Assembly: GCA_044224875.1 (NCBI GenBank)
Contig: JBGAJQ010000002.1
Coordinates: 128,001 to 192,000, forward strand
DNA from: Gemmatimonadaceae bacterium
GTDB lineage: Bacteria > Gemmatimonadota > Gemmatimonadetes > Gemmatimonadales > Gemmatimonadaceae
Direction of reading: 5' to 3'
DNA length: 64,000 bases
Within the stretch, counting starts at the first letter, position 1, and each line of letters opens with the position of its first letter. Positions 28,106-37,286 of this stretch are shown here, in pieces. The position numbers were made by a program, and so were the translations under genes. The notes below the pieces were generated by a model, which had not been told where the DNA came from, made no database searches, and was given only the letters and a program-made list of their open reading frames with translations.

Positions 28106-30868
28106 ATGCGTGACAAGGACGGCGCGCTCACTGGGCGGCTTGCCCGGTTGGAGCTGGAGCGTAAGGCACGCGCATTGGGGCTTCCCGAGTTGCTGGCGAA
28201 ACGTGTCGCCGACGTGGTGGTGGCGAGCGAGCTGGACGACGATCGTCGTGCCGAAGTCTTTCGGGAAATGGTCGGTCACTTCGAAGATGGTCTGGCGTCG
28301 GGTCGTTCGCCTGAGGACTTGGCACGCTCGTTTGGTGATGGGAGAGAGGCGGCGCGGCTCATCCGTGTGGAGAAGCGTGTGGTGACGCCCGAGGAGTTTG
28401 GCGGGACGGGGGCACGCGAGTCGTACCTGGCGCGATTGGCTCGCGACCTGCGCTACGCGGTTCGCCGACTGGCTGCGCGGCCGATGTTCACGGCGATTGC
28501 CGTGCTGTCGCTGGCGATCGGCATTGGTGCGAACGCGGCGATGTTCACGCTCGTGAATGAGGTGATCCTGCGTCGGCCGCCGCTGGAACGCCCGGAGGAG
28601 CTGGTCGACATCTTTCGATCGAGCCAGGACAGTCCGTTCGAGCCGGTCTCATATCCCGAGTATCTCGACGTGGTCGAGCGAGGAGATGTATTCGCCTCGG
28701 CGGCGGGGACACGGCTTGCCTACACCGTCAGGATCAACGGAGATCGCGCTGACCGCATTGCGGTCCAGCTGGTCAGCGGCAACTACTTCCAGACACTCGG
28801 CTTGCGACCGGCGCTGGGCCGCCTCCTACAGCCCGATGACGCAGACGCGCCAGGCAAGAGTCCGGTGGTGGTGCTGACCGACCGCTATTGGCGCAAGGCG
28901 TTCAATGCCGATCCTGCGGTCATCGGCAAGACCGTGCATCTCAGTGGCGGTGAGTATACGATCATCGGCGTTACGCGACCCGATTTTCCCAGCGGGTTTC
29001 CGACGCTCGGCATCGAGTTGTTTGCCCCGATCACGATGGTAGAGCTGTTGATGCCGTCGAACAGCGGCGAGCTGCAAAGCCGTCACGAAAATTCGACGTT
29101 CATTCGAGCACGTCTTCGTGCGGGGGCTACGCTTGCACAGGCGAGAGCGTCACTCGCGTCGTTAGGCCGTACGCTGCATGAGCGTAAGGAGGTCGGCTGG
29201 GAAGGAGCGGCGACGGCGTATACGGTTCTTCCCACCCGGGACGTGATCCTGTACCCACCGATCGATCGTCTGCTGCGTCCCGTTTCGTGGGTGATGATGG
29301 GTGTAGTGGGGATGGTGCTTCTGATCGCGTGTGCGAATCTCGCGGGGTTCCTGTTGGCGCGTGCGGTGGACCGTCGAAAGGAAGTGGCGGTTCGCCTTGC
29401 GCTTGGGGCCACGCGGGGGCGGCTGGTGATGCAGCTGTTGGTCGAGACCTTGCTGCTGGCGGGTGCAGGCGGGGTCGTTGGCCTGGTTCTGGGTCGGGCG
29501 GTGCTCAAGGGAATCCTCGCCGCGGACCTCCCAATCCCGGTCCCACTCGGGATGGACCTCACGTTGGATGCGCGGGTCCTCGTCTTTCTGATCCTGATCT
29601 CGATCATGGCGGGAATCGTCTTTGGCCTTGCGCCAGCGTTGCAGTCGACACGGTTGGAGCTGGCGTCGGTGATTCGGGAGGAAGCAACCGGTGGAGGGCG
29701 CGGCAAGGGATGGTTGCGGCAGGCTTTGGTTGTGGGTCAGGTCACGGTGTCGGTTGTCCTGCTGATTGCTGCGGGGTTGTTCGTGCGCAGCGTGCAGTCC
29801 CTGCGCAGCGTTGATCCAGGCTTTGGACACGAGCCGGCCGCGATGGTGTGGCTCGGCATGCCTGCCACGCAGACTGTCGAAGAAGCGGGGCGCCGGTTGG
29901 ACGTGATGGTCCGCCGGCTGTCGTTGCGGCCGGAAGTGAAAGCCGTTGGGTTGATCGACAACATTCACCTCAATCTGCTGAGTTTCATGTCCACCAGCGT
30001 GAATGTCGACGGTGTGCAGCCGCCGGCCGGCGAGGTGGCCTACAGTATCAGCCGGGCGTCGATTGACACAGGTTTTATTGGAGCTGCCGGCCTACACCTG
30101 CTGGCGGGCCGCAATTTCACCCTCGCTGACGCGGACACCACAAGGCGCGTGGCGATCGTGAATCAGGCATTCGCCGAGAAGTTTTGGCCGGGGCTGGATG
30201 CGGTCGGACGGCGCTATCGCTCAGGCGACGGACGCGAGACGGAGATCGTCGGGGTTGTGAACACGGCGAAGATCAGGACACTGTCCGAACCGCCGCGCCC
30301 CCTTGTCTACACGCCGCTGCGCGACCACTCAACGGTTTGGCTGCTGGTCCGCGGTTCGCCAAATGCGGAGGCGCAGTTGGCCAGTACGCTGCGCATCGTC
30401 CGCGAGGTGACACCGGATGTGATGCTGATGGAGGCGCGGACCATGGCGCGACACCTGGACATCATGTCGTTGCCGCTCAAGCTCGGGGCGAACGCGCTGG
30501 GTGCGTTTGCCTTCGTGGCGTTGCTGCTGGCGAGCATCGGCCTGTACGGGACCGTCAGCTACTCTGTGGCACAACGATCGCGGGAGGTGGGGATTCGGCT
30601 CTCCCTGGGCGCCACGGCGTCCGGCGTGATTCGGTTGTTACTCTGGGACGGGGTCCGCCTGGTGCTCTTTGGCGCGGCCGCCGGCGTGGTGCTCGGACTT
30701 CTGTTCGGCCGCGCGTTAGAGGGGCTCCTGTATGGGGTGACGGCGCTGGATCCGGTGGCCCTGGCAACGGTCCCGATGGTGCTGGTGCTCGTGGCACTGG
30801 TTGCCGCGTATGTGCCGGCCCGGCGTGCGGGCCGTATCGACCCAGTAATCGCTATCAAGAGCGAGTAG
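28106..30868 (+). CDS. ADOP-type duplicated ABC permease
   Basis: DLRYAVRRL, LAIGIGANAAMF, LIACANLAGFLLAR, EVGIRLSLGA, PARRAGRIDPVIAIK. Confidence 0.92.
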   Translation: MRDKDGALTGRLARLELERKARALGLPELLAKRVADVVVASELDDDRRAEVFREMVGHFEDGLASGRSPEDLARSFGDGREAARLIRVEKRVVTPEEFGGTGARESYLARLARDLRYAVRRLAARPMFTAIAVLSLAIGIGANAAMFTLVNEVILRRPPLERPEELVDIFRSSQDSPFEPVSYPEYLDVVERGDVFASAAGTRLAYTVRINGDRADRIAVQLVSGNYFQTLGLRPALGRLLQPDDADAPGKSPVVVLTDRYWRKAFNADPAVIGKTVHLSGGEYTIIGVTRPDFPSGFPTLGIELFAPITMVELLMPSNSGELQSRHENSTFIRARLRAGATLAQARASLASLGRTLHERKEVGWEGAATAYTVLPTRDVILYPPIDRLLRPVSWVMMGVVGMVLLIACANLAGFLLARAVDRRKEVAVRLALGATRGRLVMQLLVETLLLAGAGGVVGLVLGRAVLKGILAADLPIPVPLGMDLTLDARVLVFLILISIMAGIVFGLAPALQSTRLELASVIREEATGGGRGKGWLRQALVVGQVTVSVVLLIAAGLFVRSVQSLRSVDPGFGHEPAAMVWLGMPATQTVEEAGRRLDVMVRRLSLRPEVKAVGLIDNIHLNLLSFMSTSVNVDGVQPPAGEVAYSISRASIDTGFIGAAGLHLLAGRNFTLADADTTRRVAIVNQAFAEKFWPGLDAVGRRYRSGDGRETEIVGVVNTAKIRTLSEPPRPLVYTPLRDHSTVWLLVRGSPNAEAQLASTLRIVREVTPDVMLMEARTMARHLDIMSLPLKLGANALGAFAFVALLLASIGLYGTVSYSVAQRSREVGIRLSLGATASGVIRLLLWDGVRLVLFGAAAGVVLGLLFGRALEGLLYGVTALDPVALATVPMVLVLVALVAAYVPARRAGRIDPVIAIKSE

Positions 30869-31011
30869 CCGATACCAACCTGGTGGTCCTCTCGTGTAAC
30901 GGATTCTGCACGGCGCGGCAGAACGGCCGCGCCGAATGTACGTTGATGGTCCGCAAGCCTCGTCAACTGGACCGGTCGGACGATCGACCGATTTTGCGTT
31001 AGTGACCCGCC

Positions 31012-31596
31012 ATGCGCGATCGAACGTACAACGTCCTGATCCTCTGCACGGGCAACTCCGCCAGGAGCATCCTGGGCGAGGTGCTCGTCAACCACTTGGG
31101 TGGCGGTCGGTTCGTTGGGTTCAGCGCCGGAAGCCACCCCAAGGGCGAGGTGCACCCGGACGCGTTGGAGCTGATACGATCGCTCGGTTGGTCGACGCAA
31201 GGGTTGCGGAGCAAGAGCTGGGACGAGTTTGCTGTTCCTGGCGCTCCCGCGATGGACTTTGTGATCACGGTGTGCGACAACGCGGCAGGCGAGTCTTGTC
31301 CGGTGTGGCTCGGTCAGCCGATGCGAGCGCACTGGGGGGTCCCCGATCCTGCGGCAGTCGGGGATGCAGGGCGCAGGAAGCAGGCGTTCCGGGAGGCGTT
31401 CGATGTCTTGTCCGCACGCATCCGCGCCTTGACGACGCTCTACCCGGATCGGCTGGACACCGCTGCGCTCCAAGCACGCCTCCATGAGATCGGCGTAATT
31501 GGAGCTGACGGCACAGAGAATCTTCTGATTCTTACGTTTGGCCATCGTTCAGCGGTCATCGCACGTTCGTCACGGCATCGGGCTGTGGACCGGTGA
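31012..31596 (+). CDS. arsC: Arsenate reductase ArsC (LMW-PTP fold), C-terminus apparently extended
   Basis: LCTGNSARS, SAGSHPKG, RSKSWDEF, ITVCDNAAGESCPVW, HWGVPDPA. Confidence 0.9.
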   Translation: MRDRTYNVLILCTGNSARSILGEVLVNHLGGGRFVGFSAGSHPKGEVHPDALELIRSLGWSTQGLRSKSWDEFAVPGAPAMDFVITVCDNAAGESCPVWLGQPMRAHWGVPDPAAVGDAGRRKQAFREAFDVLSARIRALTTLYPDRLDTAALQARLHEIGVIGADGTENLLILTFGHRSAVIARSSRHRAVDR

Positions 31597-31885
31597 ATTC
31601 GCCGCCACCTTCGCCCTGCTGGCAGTGATCTGGAGTGCGCGCAAGCATCACCCAGCGCTCATGCCATTCGCGGTAGCCGCGTCAATCGGAAGTGCCTACT
31701 GGTTCACATCATCCACATCGTTTGCCAATCCCGCTGTCACGCTGGCGCGGGCTTTCAGTAACACGTTCGCCGGCATTCGACCTGACGATGTACCGGCATT
31801 CGTGGTGGCGCAGATTCTCGGTGCGATGTCGGCAACCCTGCTCGCGGCGTGGTTCGACTCGGATCGCGCGGTGCCGGCCGAGTAA
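31541..31885 (+). pseudogene. 3' half of an arsenic-type aquaporin (AqpS-like MIP)
   Basis: GEFAATF, AYWFTSSTSFANPAVTLAR, TFAGIRP, FVVAQILGA; first NPA half absent and no convincing start. Confidence 0.75.
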
Positions 31886-32056
31886 GCGCACCGACGTCTG
31901 GAAGGCGGATTGCCCTTGCCCAGGAGTGCCGCTGGGCGAAACGGCCGATGGGAGGCGTCGTGTTGTCACAGGCCCCCGGAGGATCCGACGTGGTCAGCCG
32001 GTTCCGATGGGGATCTGGCGATCTACACAGACCTTGTTCGAAGTATCTTGCCTTCC

Positions 32057-32761
32057 GTGAGCCCATTCCCCTCAACGCGCGTTTCCATCGTGGCTGACCT
32101 TCGCAGCGACGACAGCACCGTGCGCGAACGCGCCACGGAGCTGGTGGCGCGCGCCTATCGCGAGCCGATCATCTCGGTGTTGCAACACCGATGGGCGTTG
32201 GGGCGCGAAGACGCCGAAGATCTCACACATGACTTCTTTCATCACGCGCTGTCCAAGGAGTGGCTGCAACGCTTTGACCCTTCGCGCGGTCGCTTCCGGA
32301 GCTTTCTTCGCTCGTGCCTGTTTGCGTACGCCAGTACCGCGCATGAAGCTGGGGCGCGTCTGAAGCGCGGCGGCGGATCGCACCAAGTGTCACTCTCGGA
32401 TATCGGCGCTGACGCCGCGACGACGCCCGATGTCGACGCCTTGTTCGATCGCGAGTGGGCGCGCGCGGTACTGGAGTTGTCATTGGAGGCGCTGCAGCGT
32501 GAGTGCGAGCGCGAGGGGCGTGGGCAAGCGCTGGAAGTATTTCTCGCGCGCGACGTAGAAGGGGCCGATCTCGAGTCGCCCCCGAGCTATCAAGACCTGG
32601 CCGATCGCTTTGCGATATCGCCGTCCCAGGTGACGAACTACCTGAACTGGGCACGCCGTCGGTTTCGTCACCACGTGCTGGAGACCCTCCGATCGCTGAC
32701 CGGCACGGATGAGGAATTCCGCGAGGAAGCGCGCTCACTTCTTGGAGTCGACCACACGTGA
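32057..32761 (+). CDS. ECF sigma factor of the Ser/Thr-kinase-associated type
   Basis: FPSTRVS, DAEDLTHDFF, FDPSRGRFRSFL, KRGGG, FDREWA; GTGA overlap with the kinase; start inferred at GTG 32057. Confidence 0.82.
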   Translation: MSPFPSTRVSIVADLRSDDSTVRERATELVARAYREPIISVLQHRWALGREDAEDLTHDFFHHALSKEWLQRFDPSRGRFRSFLRSCLFAYASTAHEAGARLKRGGGSHQVSLSDIGADAATTPDVDALFDREWARAVLELSLEALQRECEREGRGQALEVFLARDVEGADLESPPSYQDLADRFAISPSQVTNYLNWARRRFRHHVLETLRSLTGTDEEFREEARSLLGVDHT

Positions 32762-33702
32762 AGCTGAGCGATGCTGCCCTCCAACACCTGCGCGAAGCGA
32801 TCGACGTACCGGACGCTGGCGGTCGGTATGAGATCGGCCGGCTACTGGGCCGAGGAGGAATGGGCGCCGTGTACCAGGCCACGGATCACGTTCTGGCACG
32901 CGAGGTGGCACTGAAGGTATTGGCGCTGGACGCTGAGTCCGATGCGCTCTCCCGGCGGTTGACGCGTGAGGCAAGAATACTGGCGCAGCTCGAACATCCG
33001 GGTATCGTCGCAGTGCATGACGCCGGCGTATTAGCTGACGGACGCCCGTTCTACGTCATGCGGCTGGTCCGCGGGTCCTGGGTGGACGAACGCGCACGTT
33101 CACTCGGCGTTGGGGAAGTCCTGCGCCTTTTCCTGCGGGCTTGTGAAGCGGTGGCCTACGCACACGCACGAGGCGTGATCCATCGTGACCTTACGCCACG
33201 GAACATCATGGTGGGGGAGTACGGCGAGGTGTTGGTGCTGGACTGGGGGGTGGCGTCGGCGGTGAGTACGGATGCCGAGGAAGGGCAGGGTGCGCACGAG
33301 GCGAGGCACCAGAGCCAACCGGGACTTGTCGTGGGAACGCCGGGGTTCATGGCACCTGAGCAAGCATTGGGTGCCGGCGAGCCGATCGATGCGCGCGCGG
33401 ACGTTTTTGGACTCGGTGCCATCCTCCGCGTCTTGTTGCAGGAGCGACGGTATTCGAATGCCCGATCTCTTTCGGCCATTGTTGAACGCGCCACGGCTCC
33501 TGACCCGGGGCATCGATATTCGACCGTGGAGGAGCTGGCCGACGATGTGCGGCGGTGGCTGGACGCGGAGGCGGTGACCGCCTACCGCGAAGGAGCTTTC
33601 GAGCGCTTGGCCCGATTCTACCAGCGCAACAAGACGCTCATTTTGCTCCTGGCGGCGTACGCCGCGGTGCGTGTGGTGATCCTGCTGTGGCGAGGTGTGT
33701 AA
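32758..33702 (+). CDS. Hanks-type Ser/Thr protein kinase with short C-terminal TM segment
   Basis: GRGGMGAV, VALK, HRDLTPRN, DWG, GTPGFMAPE, DVFGLG. Confidence 0.92.
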   Translation: MKLSDAALQHLREAIDVPDAGGRYEIGRLLGRGGMGAVYQATDHVLAREVALKVLALDAESDALSRRLTREARILAQLEHPGIVAVHDAGVLADGRPFYVMRLVRGSWVDERARSLGVGEVLRLFLRACEAVAYAHARGVIHRDLTPRNIMVGEYGEVLVLDWGVASAVSTDAEEGQGAHEARHQSQPGLVVGTPGFMAPEQALGAGEPIDARADVFGLGAILRVLLQERRYSNARSLSAIVERATAPDPGHRYSTVEELADDVRRWLDAEAVTAYREGAFERLARFYQRNKTLILLLAAYAAVRVVILLWRGV

Positions 33703-33774
33703 TGACGGAGCCATGGGACGCCTAATAGGGAGTTAGGAGCGCCACGACGGCGTTGCCCCAAACCAGGAGAGGAC

Positions 33775-34146
33775 ATGAAGAAGCCCATGCTTGGACTGCT
33801 CGCCGGAGGCGCCTTGGGTGTGATTGATGGCTTGACGGCACTGGTCTCGGCGCCGGAAGTCGCGCCAGGAATCGTCGGGATCGTGCTGGGTTCCATGGCC
33901 AAGGGACTCGTCGCCGGCGTGCTCATTGGCTGGTTCGCGCGCAAGGTGAACAACCTCGCGGCCGGCGTCTTGTTTGGGCTGGCGATGGGAGCGCTGTTCG
34001 CCCTTCCTTTTGCGTTGAGTACAGATCCGAGCACTGGAAAACAGTACTTCTGGGAAATCCTGATTCCTGGCTCGTTGGTCGGGCTCATTGTGGGATTCCT
34101 GACGCAGCGCTACGGCCTCGGATCTCGGGTTCCGGCTCGCACGTAG
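33775..34146 (+). CDS. Small integral membrane protein (about 4 TM)
   Basis: Gly-rich hydrophobic helices; AGGAGAGG RBS. Confidence 0.8.
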   Translation: MKKPMLGLLAGGALGVIDGLTALVSAPEVAPGIVGIVLGSMAKGLVAGVLIGWFARKVNNLAAGVLFGLAMGALFALPFALSTDPSTGKQYFWEILIPGSLVGLIVGFLTQRYGLGSRVPART

Positions 34147-34223
34147 CCGGGATTCACACCGCGCAGTCGCTTACCGCTCGAGCCTCGCGGTGGCGAAGCA
34201 TGGGACCACACGGTCTCAGGTGG

Positions 34224-34859
34224 CTATTCGCCGGCGCGCACGATTCCGCGATCGATGGCCACCGTAACGGCGGCTGTCCGATCGTCGACGCCCAGCTTCG
34301 CGAAGATATGGAGGAGGTGAGTCTTCACGGTGGCTTCGCCGATCTTGAGCTCCCGGGCAATGATCTTGTTGCTGGTGCCACGGGCGACGTGGCGGAGTAC
34401 CTCGATTTCGCGCACGCTCAGCACGCGACCGTCGGCGCCGCGCGAGCGTCGGACCAGACGTGACGCGACGGAAGGAGACAGCATGGACTGACCGATCGCG
34501 GTCGCGCGGATGGCGCGAAACAGTTCCTCTCGCGGAGTCTCCTTCAGCAGGTAGCCCGTGGCGCCCGACTCGATGGCTCGCAAGACATCAGCGTCGGTTT
34601 CATAGGTGGTCAGCACGAGCACATAGGTGGCTGGTGATATGCGCCTGATCTCGCGTGTGGTCCCCACGCCATCGAGCACGGGCATTCGAAGATCGACCAA
34701 TACGACCTGCGGGCGATGTGTGCGCACCAGCTCCAACGCCTCCTGGCCGTTGGCGGCTTCACCGATCACCTCGAAGTCAGGCTGCGAGGCGAGCAGCCCT
34801 TGCAGTCCCGCGCGGACGATGGGATGGTCGTCGGCGATGACGAGTCGAATGCGGCTCAT
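34224..34859 (-). CDS. NarL/LuxR family response regulator
   Basis: IADDHPIVR, DLRMP, GYLLK, LSVREIEVL, TVKTHL. Confidence 0.95.
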   Translation of the reverse strand: MSRIRLVIADDHPIVRAGLQGLLASQPDFEVIGEAANGQEALELVRTHRPQVVLVDLRMPVLDGVGTTREIRRISPATYVLVLTTYETDADVLRAIESGATGYLLKETPREELFRAIRATAIGQSMLSPSVASRLVRRSRGADGRVLSVREIEVLRHVARGTSNKIIARELKIGEATVKTHLLHIFAKLGVDDRTAAVTVAIDRGIVRAGE

Positions 34860-36133
34860 GCGTCGGTCCGGCGATAGGCCGGCAGTTCGGCCGTGTGGAG
34901 CATGGGAATGGCGACGGTGAGGGTGGTGCCCTCACCCCGTTCGCTTTCGATCGTGATGGAGCCATGCAGCTGTTCCACCCGCTCGCGCATGGCGCGGAGC
35001 CCAAACGACGCGTTCGTGGTGGAGGTGCGCACCTGGGCAGCGTCAAAGCCGATGCCGTCATCGCGGACATCGAGCATCACCACGTCGTCCATGTATGAGA
35101 GGGTCACGGCGACGGCATGGGCGCTGGCGTGCTTGCGAACGTTGGCCAGGCCTTCCTGAAGGGCCCGGAACAGGGTGATCTCGGCTTCAGGATGGATCGG
35201 GGCGGGGACGCCGGTCACGGTGCTCGTCACGGGCGTGCCGGTGCGCTCCGCGGTTTGAACGCACCAGCGGGCCACCGCCTCGGGGAGTTCAACGTGCTCC
35301 AGAAGCTCGGGCCGGAGGGACGCCATGACGCGCCGGGTGTCGTCGAGACTCTCGCGGGCGATGGCACGTGCTCGTTGCATCTGTACGCGACTCTCGACGG
35401 CCGGTTCGGGGAGCATCTGCTCCGCCGTCTCCAGGTGCATCACCACCGCGCTCAATCCCTGCGTGAGGGTATCGTGCAATTCCCTCGTGATGCGTTGGCG
35501 TTCATCCATCGTGCCGGCGTGATGTGCCGTGCGAGCCAACTCTTCACGCGTTGCCTGCAGTTCGGCAGCCAATCGCTCGCGTCTATCTGCCAGTTGCACT
35601 ACGCGACGCAGGAAGACGCCGATGATCGCGGCGAGCAAGGCGCGTGAGAGGAGAAAGGCCAGGAGTTCGGTGTGTGAAAGTGCGGTCGTCTCGCCGCCGA
35701 ACCGGCTCTCCCAACCCGCGTGCGCCGTCAGCGCGCCGACGGCGAGAATGGCCCATGGGAGCGGGAGCACGACGAACAGCAGGGGGATGAAGACGAGGCC
35801 GAGCAGCCAGAACCCCATGCTCAGGTGGGTCAGGAGGATGGACAGGCCGATCGCTACGCCCGCGAGGAGCGGCAGCGACCATCGCCGCCGTCTCTGTGGC
35901 CGATCCATTTCCACGGTCCATCGCCAATACCAGACAAACAAGCCAACGACCAACGGGAGGACCTGGCGCCATTGCGCGCCCGCTAGATGATCGTCAAACG
36001 CCCAGACCGCCAGCGACAACCCGAGTGCCGTCAGGGCAAACAGCGGCCACCGAAACATCCAGCGACGCCACGCGTGAGGCGCCCAGACGTCGTCAGCAAG
36101 CGTTTCGATGGTCACGAGCGGAAGCGGCGGCAC
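34856..36133 (-). CDS. Membrane sensor histidine kinase (HisKA_3)
   Basis: Multiple TMs, ERQRITRELHDTLTQ, QEGLANVRKH, DDGIGF, FGLRAMRER; start uncertain (36133 or 36193). Confidence 0.9.
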   Translation of the reverse strand: MPPLPLVTIETLADDVWAPHAWRRWMFRWPLFALTALGLSLAVWAFDDHLAGAQWRQVLPLVVGLFVWYWRWTVEMDRPQRRRRWSLPLLAGVAIGLSILLTHLSMGFWLLGLVFIPLLFVVLPLPWAILAVGALTAHAGWESRFGGETTALSHTELLAFLLSRALLAAIIGVFLRRVVQLADRRERLAAELQATREELARTAHHAGTMDERQRITRELHDTLTQGLSAVVMHLETAEQMLPEPAVESRVQMQRARAIARESLDDTRRVMASLRPELLEHVELPEAVARWCVQTAERTGTPVTSTVTGVPAPIHPEAEITLFRALQEGLANVRKHASAHAVAVTLSYMDDVVMLDVRDDGIGFDAAQVRTSTTNASFGLRAMRERVEQLHGSITIESERGEGTTLTVAIPMLHTAELPAYRRTDA

Positions 36134-36190
36134 ATGCTGAGAAGCTATGCCGCCGGCGTCGCCGGCGCATTGGTCCAGCGGTGGAGTATC

Positions 36191-36210
36191 CATCCACCGA
36201 TCGATGGATG
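36191..36210. promoter_or_regulatory. Palindrome, candidate NarL-type operator between the kinase and divergent hydrolases
   Basis: CATCCACCGATCGATGGATG, self-complementary except for one pair. Confidence 0.5.
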
Positions 36211-36308
36211 GCTGGCGCAACGATCGAGCGATACGCCGCCCGCCTGCCTCGATCTACCATCGATCACGGGTGCGACAGCACCCACAACCTTGACCGATGG
36301 AGGAAACA

Positions 36309-37277
36309 ATGAAGCGGATCCTGCTCGCGGCGATCGTCGCCACAGGAGCGTGCTCGGATAGCAGTGGCCCGGCCGCTCAGGCCCCTCGTACGCGATTTGT
36401 CACCGTTGCGCCTGGCGTTCGCCTGGAAGTCGTCGACTACGGTGGTTCAGGAGAACCACTGGTGCTACTGGCCGGGAGCGGCAACACGGCACACGTCTTC
36501 GCCACCTTCGCCTGGCGATTCACCGACACGTATCACGTCGTGGCACTCACCCGGCGCGGCTTCGGTGCGTCGAGCAAGCCGGCAACGGGCTACGACACGC
36601 GCACGCTCGCCGAAGATGTGCGCATCGTGCTGGATTCACTGCGCCTGACGAGGGTGTCGCTCATGGGGCACTCGCTGGCCGGTGATGAAATGACCAGGCT
36701 GGCCGGCGACCATCCTGATCGCGTTCGCAAGCTCATCTACCTGGATGCCGCGTACGACCGGGTCGCCTTGGGAGCGATCATGGCAGAGTATCCGCTGCCC
36801 ACACCGCCAGCACCAACGTCTGGTGAACTAGCGACCAAAGAAGGATTTGGCCGATACATCCAGCGAGTGCGTGGCGTCCCCATCCCCGCCGACGAGATTG
36901 CGGCGACATTCTCCTTCGCGACCGATGGTTCGCTGATTGGCGAGCTCACGCCACCCGAGATCTATCGGGAGTTGTTAGGTAGTGAGGAAGCGCCAGACTA
37001 CGCTCGCGTGCGGGTTCCATCGCTTGGGATCTACGCGGTCGCGCAGGACGCCGGTGACGTGGTCCCCTGGCTCACGCCGGCGTCCGAGGACTGGCCGATA
37101 GCGCAGGAGGTCTTTCACGGCGTGTTTGAGCCGTTCTACGGCGGCGAACGAGCACGCTTTCAAACGCAGGTGACGCAAAACCAGGTGCTCGAGATGCCAG
37201 CCGCCAATCACTACGTCTTCCTGTCGGATGCCGCGCGTGTAGCTGGCGCCGTCCGGTCGTTCCTCCAGAAACCCTAA
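36309..37277 (+). CDS. Lipoprotein alpha/beta hydrolase
   Basis: Lipobox TGAC, LTRRGFGAS, GHSLAG, YLDAAYD, ANHYVF; GGAGG RBS. Confidence 0.9.
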   Translation: MKRILLAAIVATGACSDSSGPAAQAPRTRFVTVAPGVRLEVVDYGGSGEPLVLLAGSGNTAHVFATFAWRFTDTYHVVALTRRGFGASSKPATGYDTRTLAEDVRIVLDSLRLTRVSLMGHSLAGDEMTRLAGDHPDRVRKLIYLDAAYDRVALGAIMAEYPLPTPPAPTSGELATKEGFGRYIQRVRGVPIPADEIAATFSFATDGSLIGELTPPEIYRELLGSEEAPDYARVRVPSLGIYAVAQDAGDVVPWLTPASEDWPIAQEVFHGVFEPFYGGERARFQTQVTQNQVLEMPAANHYVFLSDAARVAGAVRSFLQKP

Positions 37278-37286
37278 CGAGCGGGG

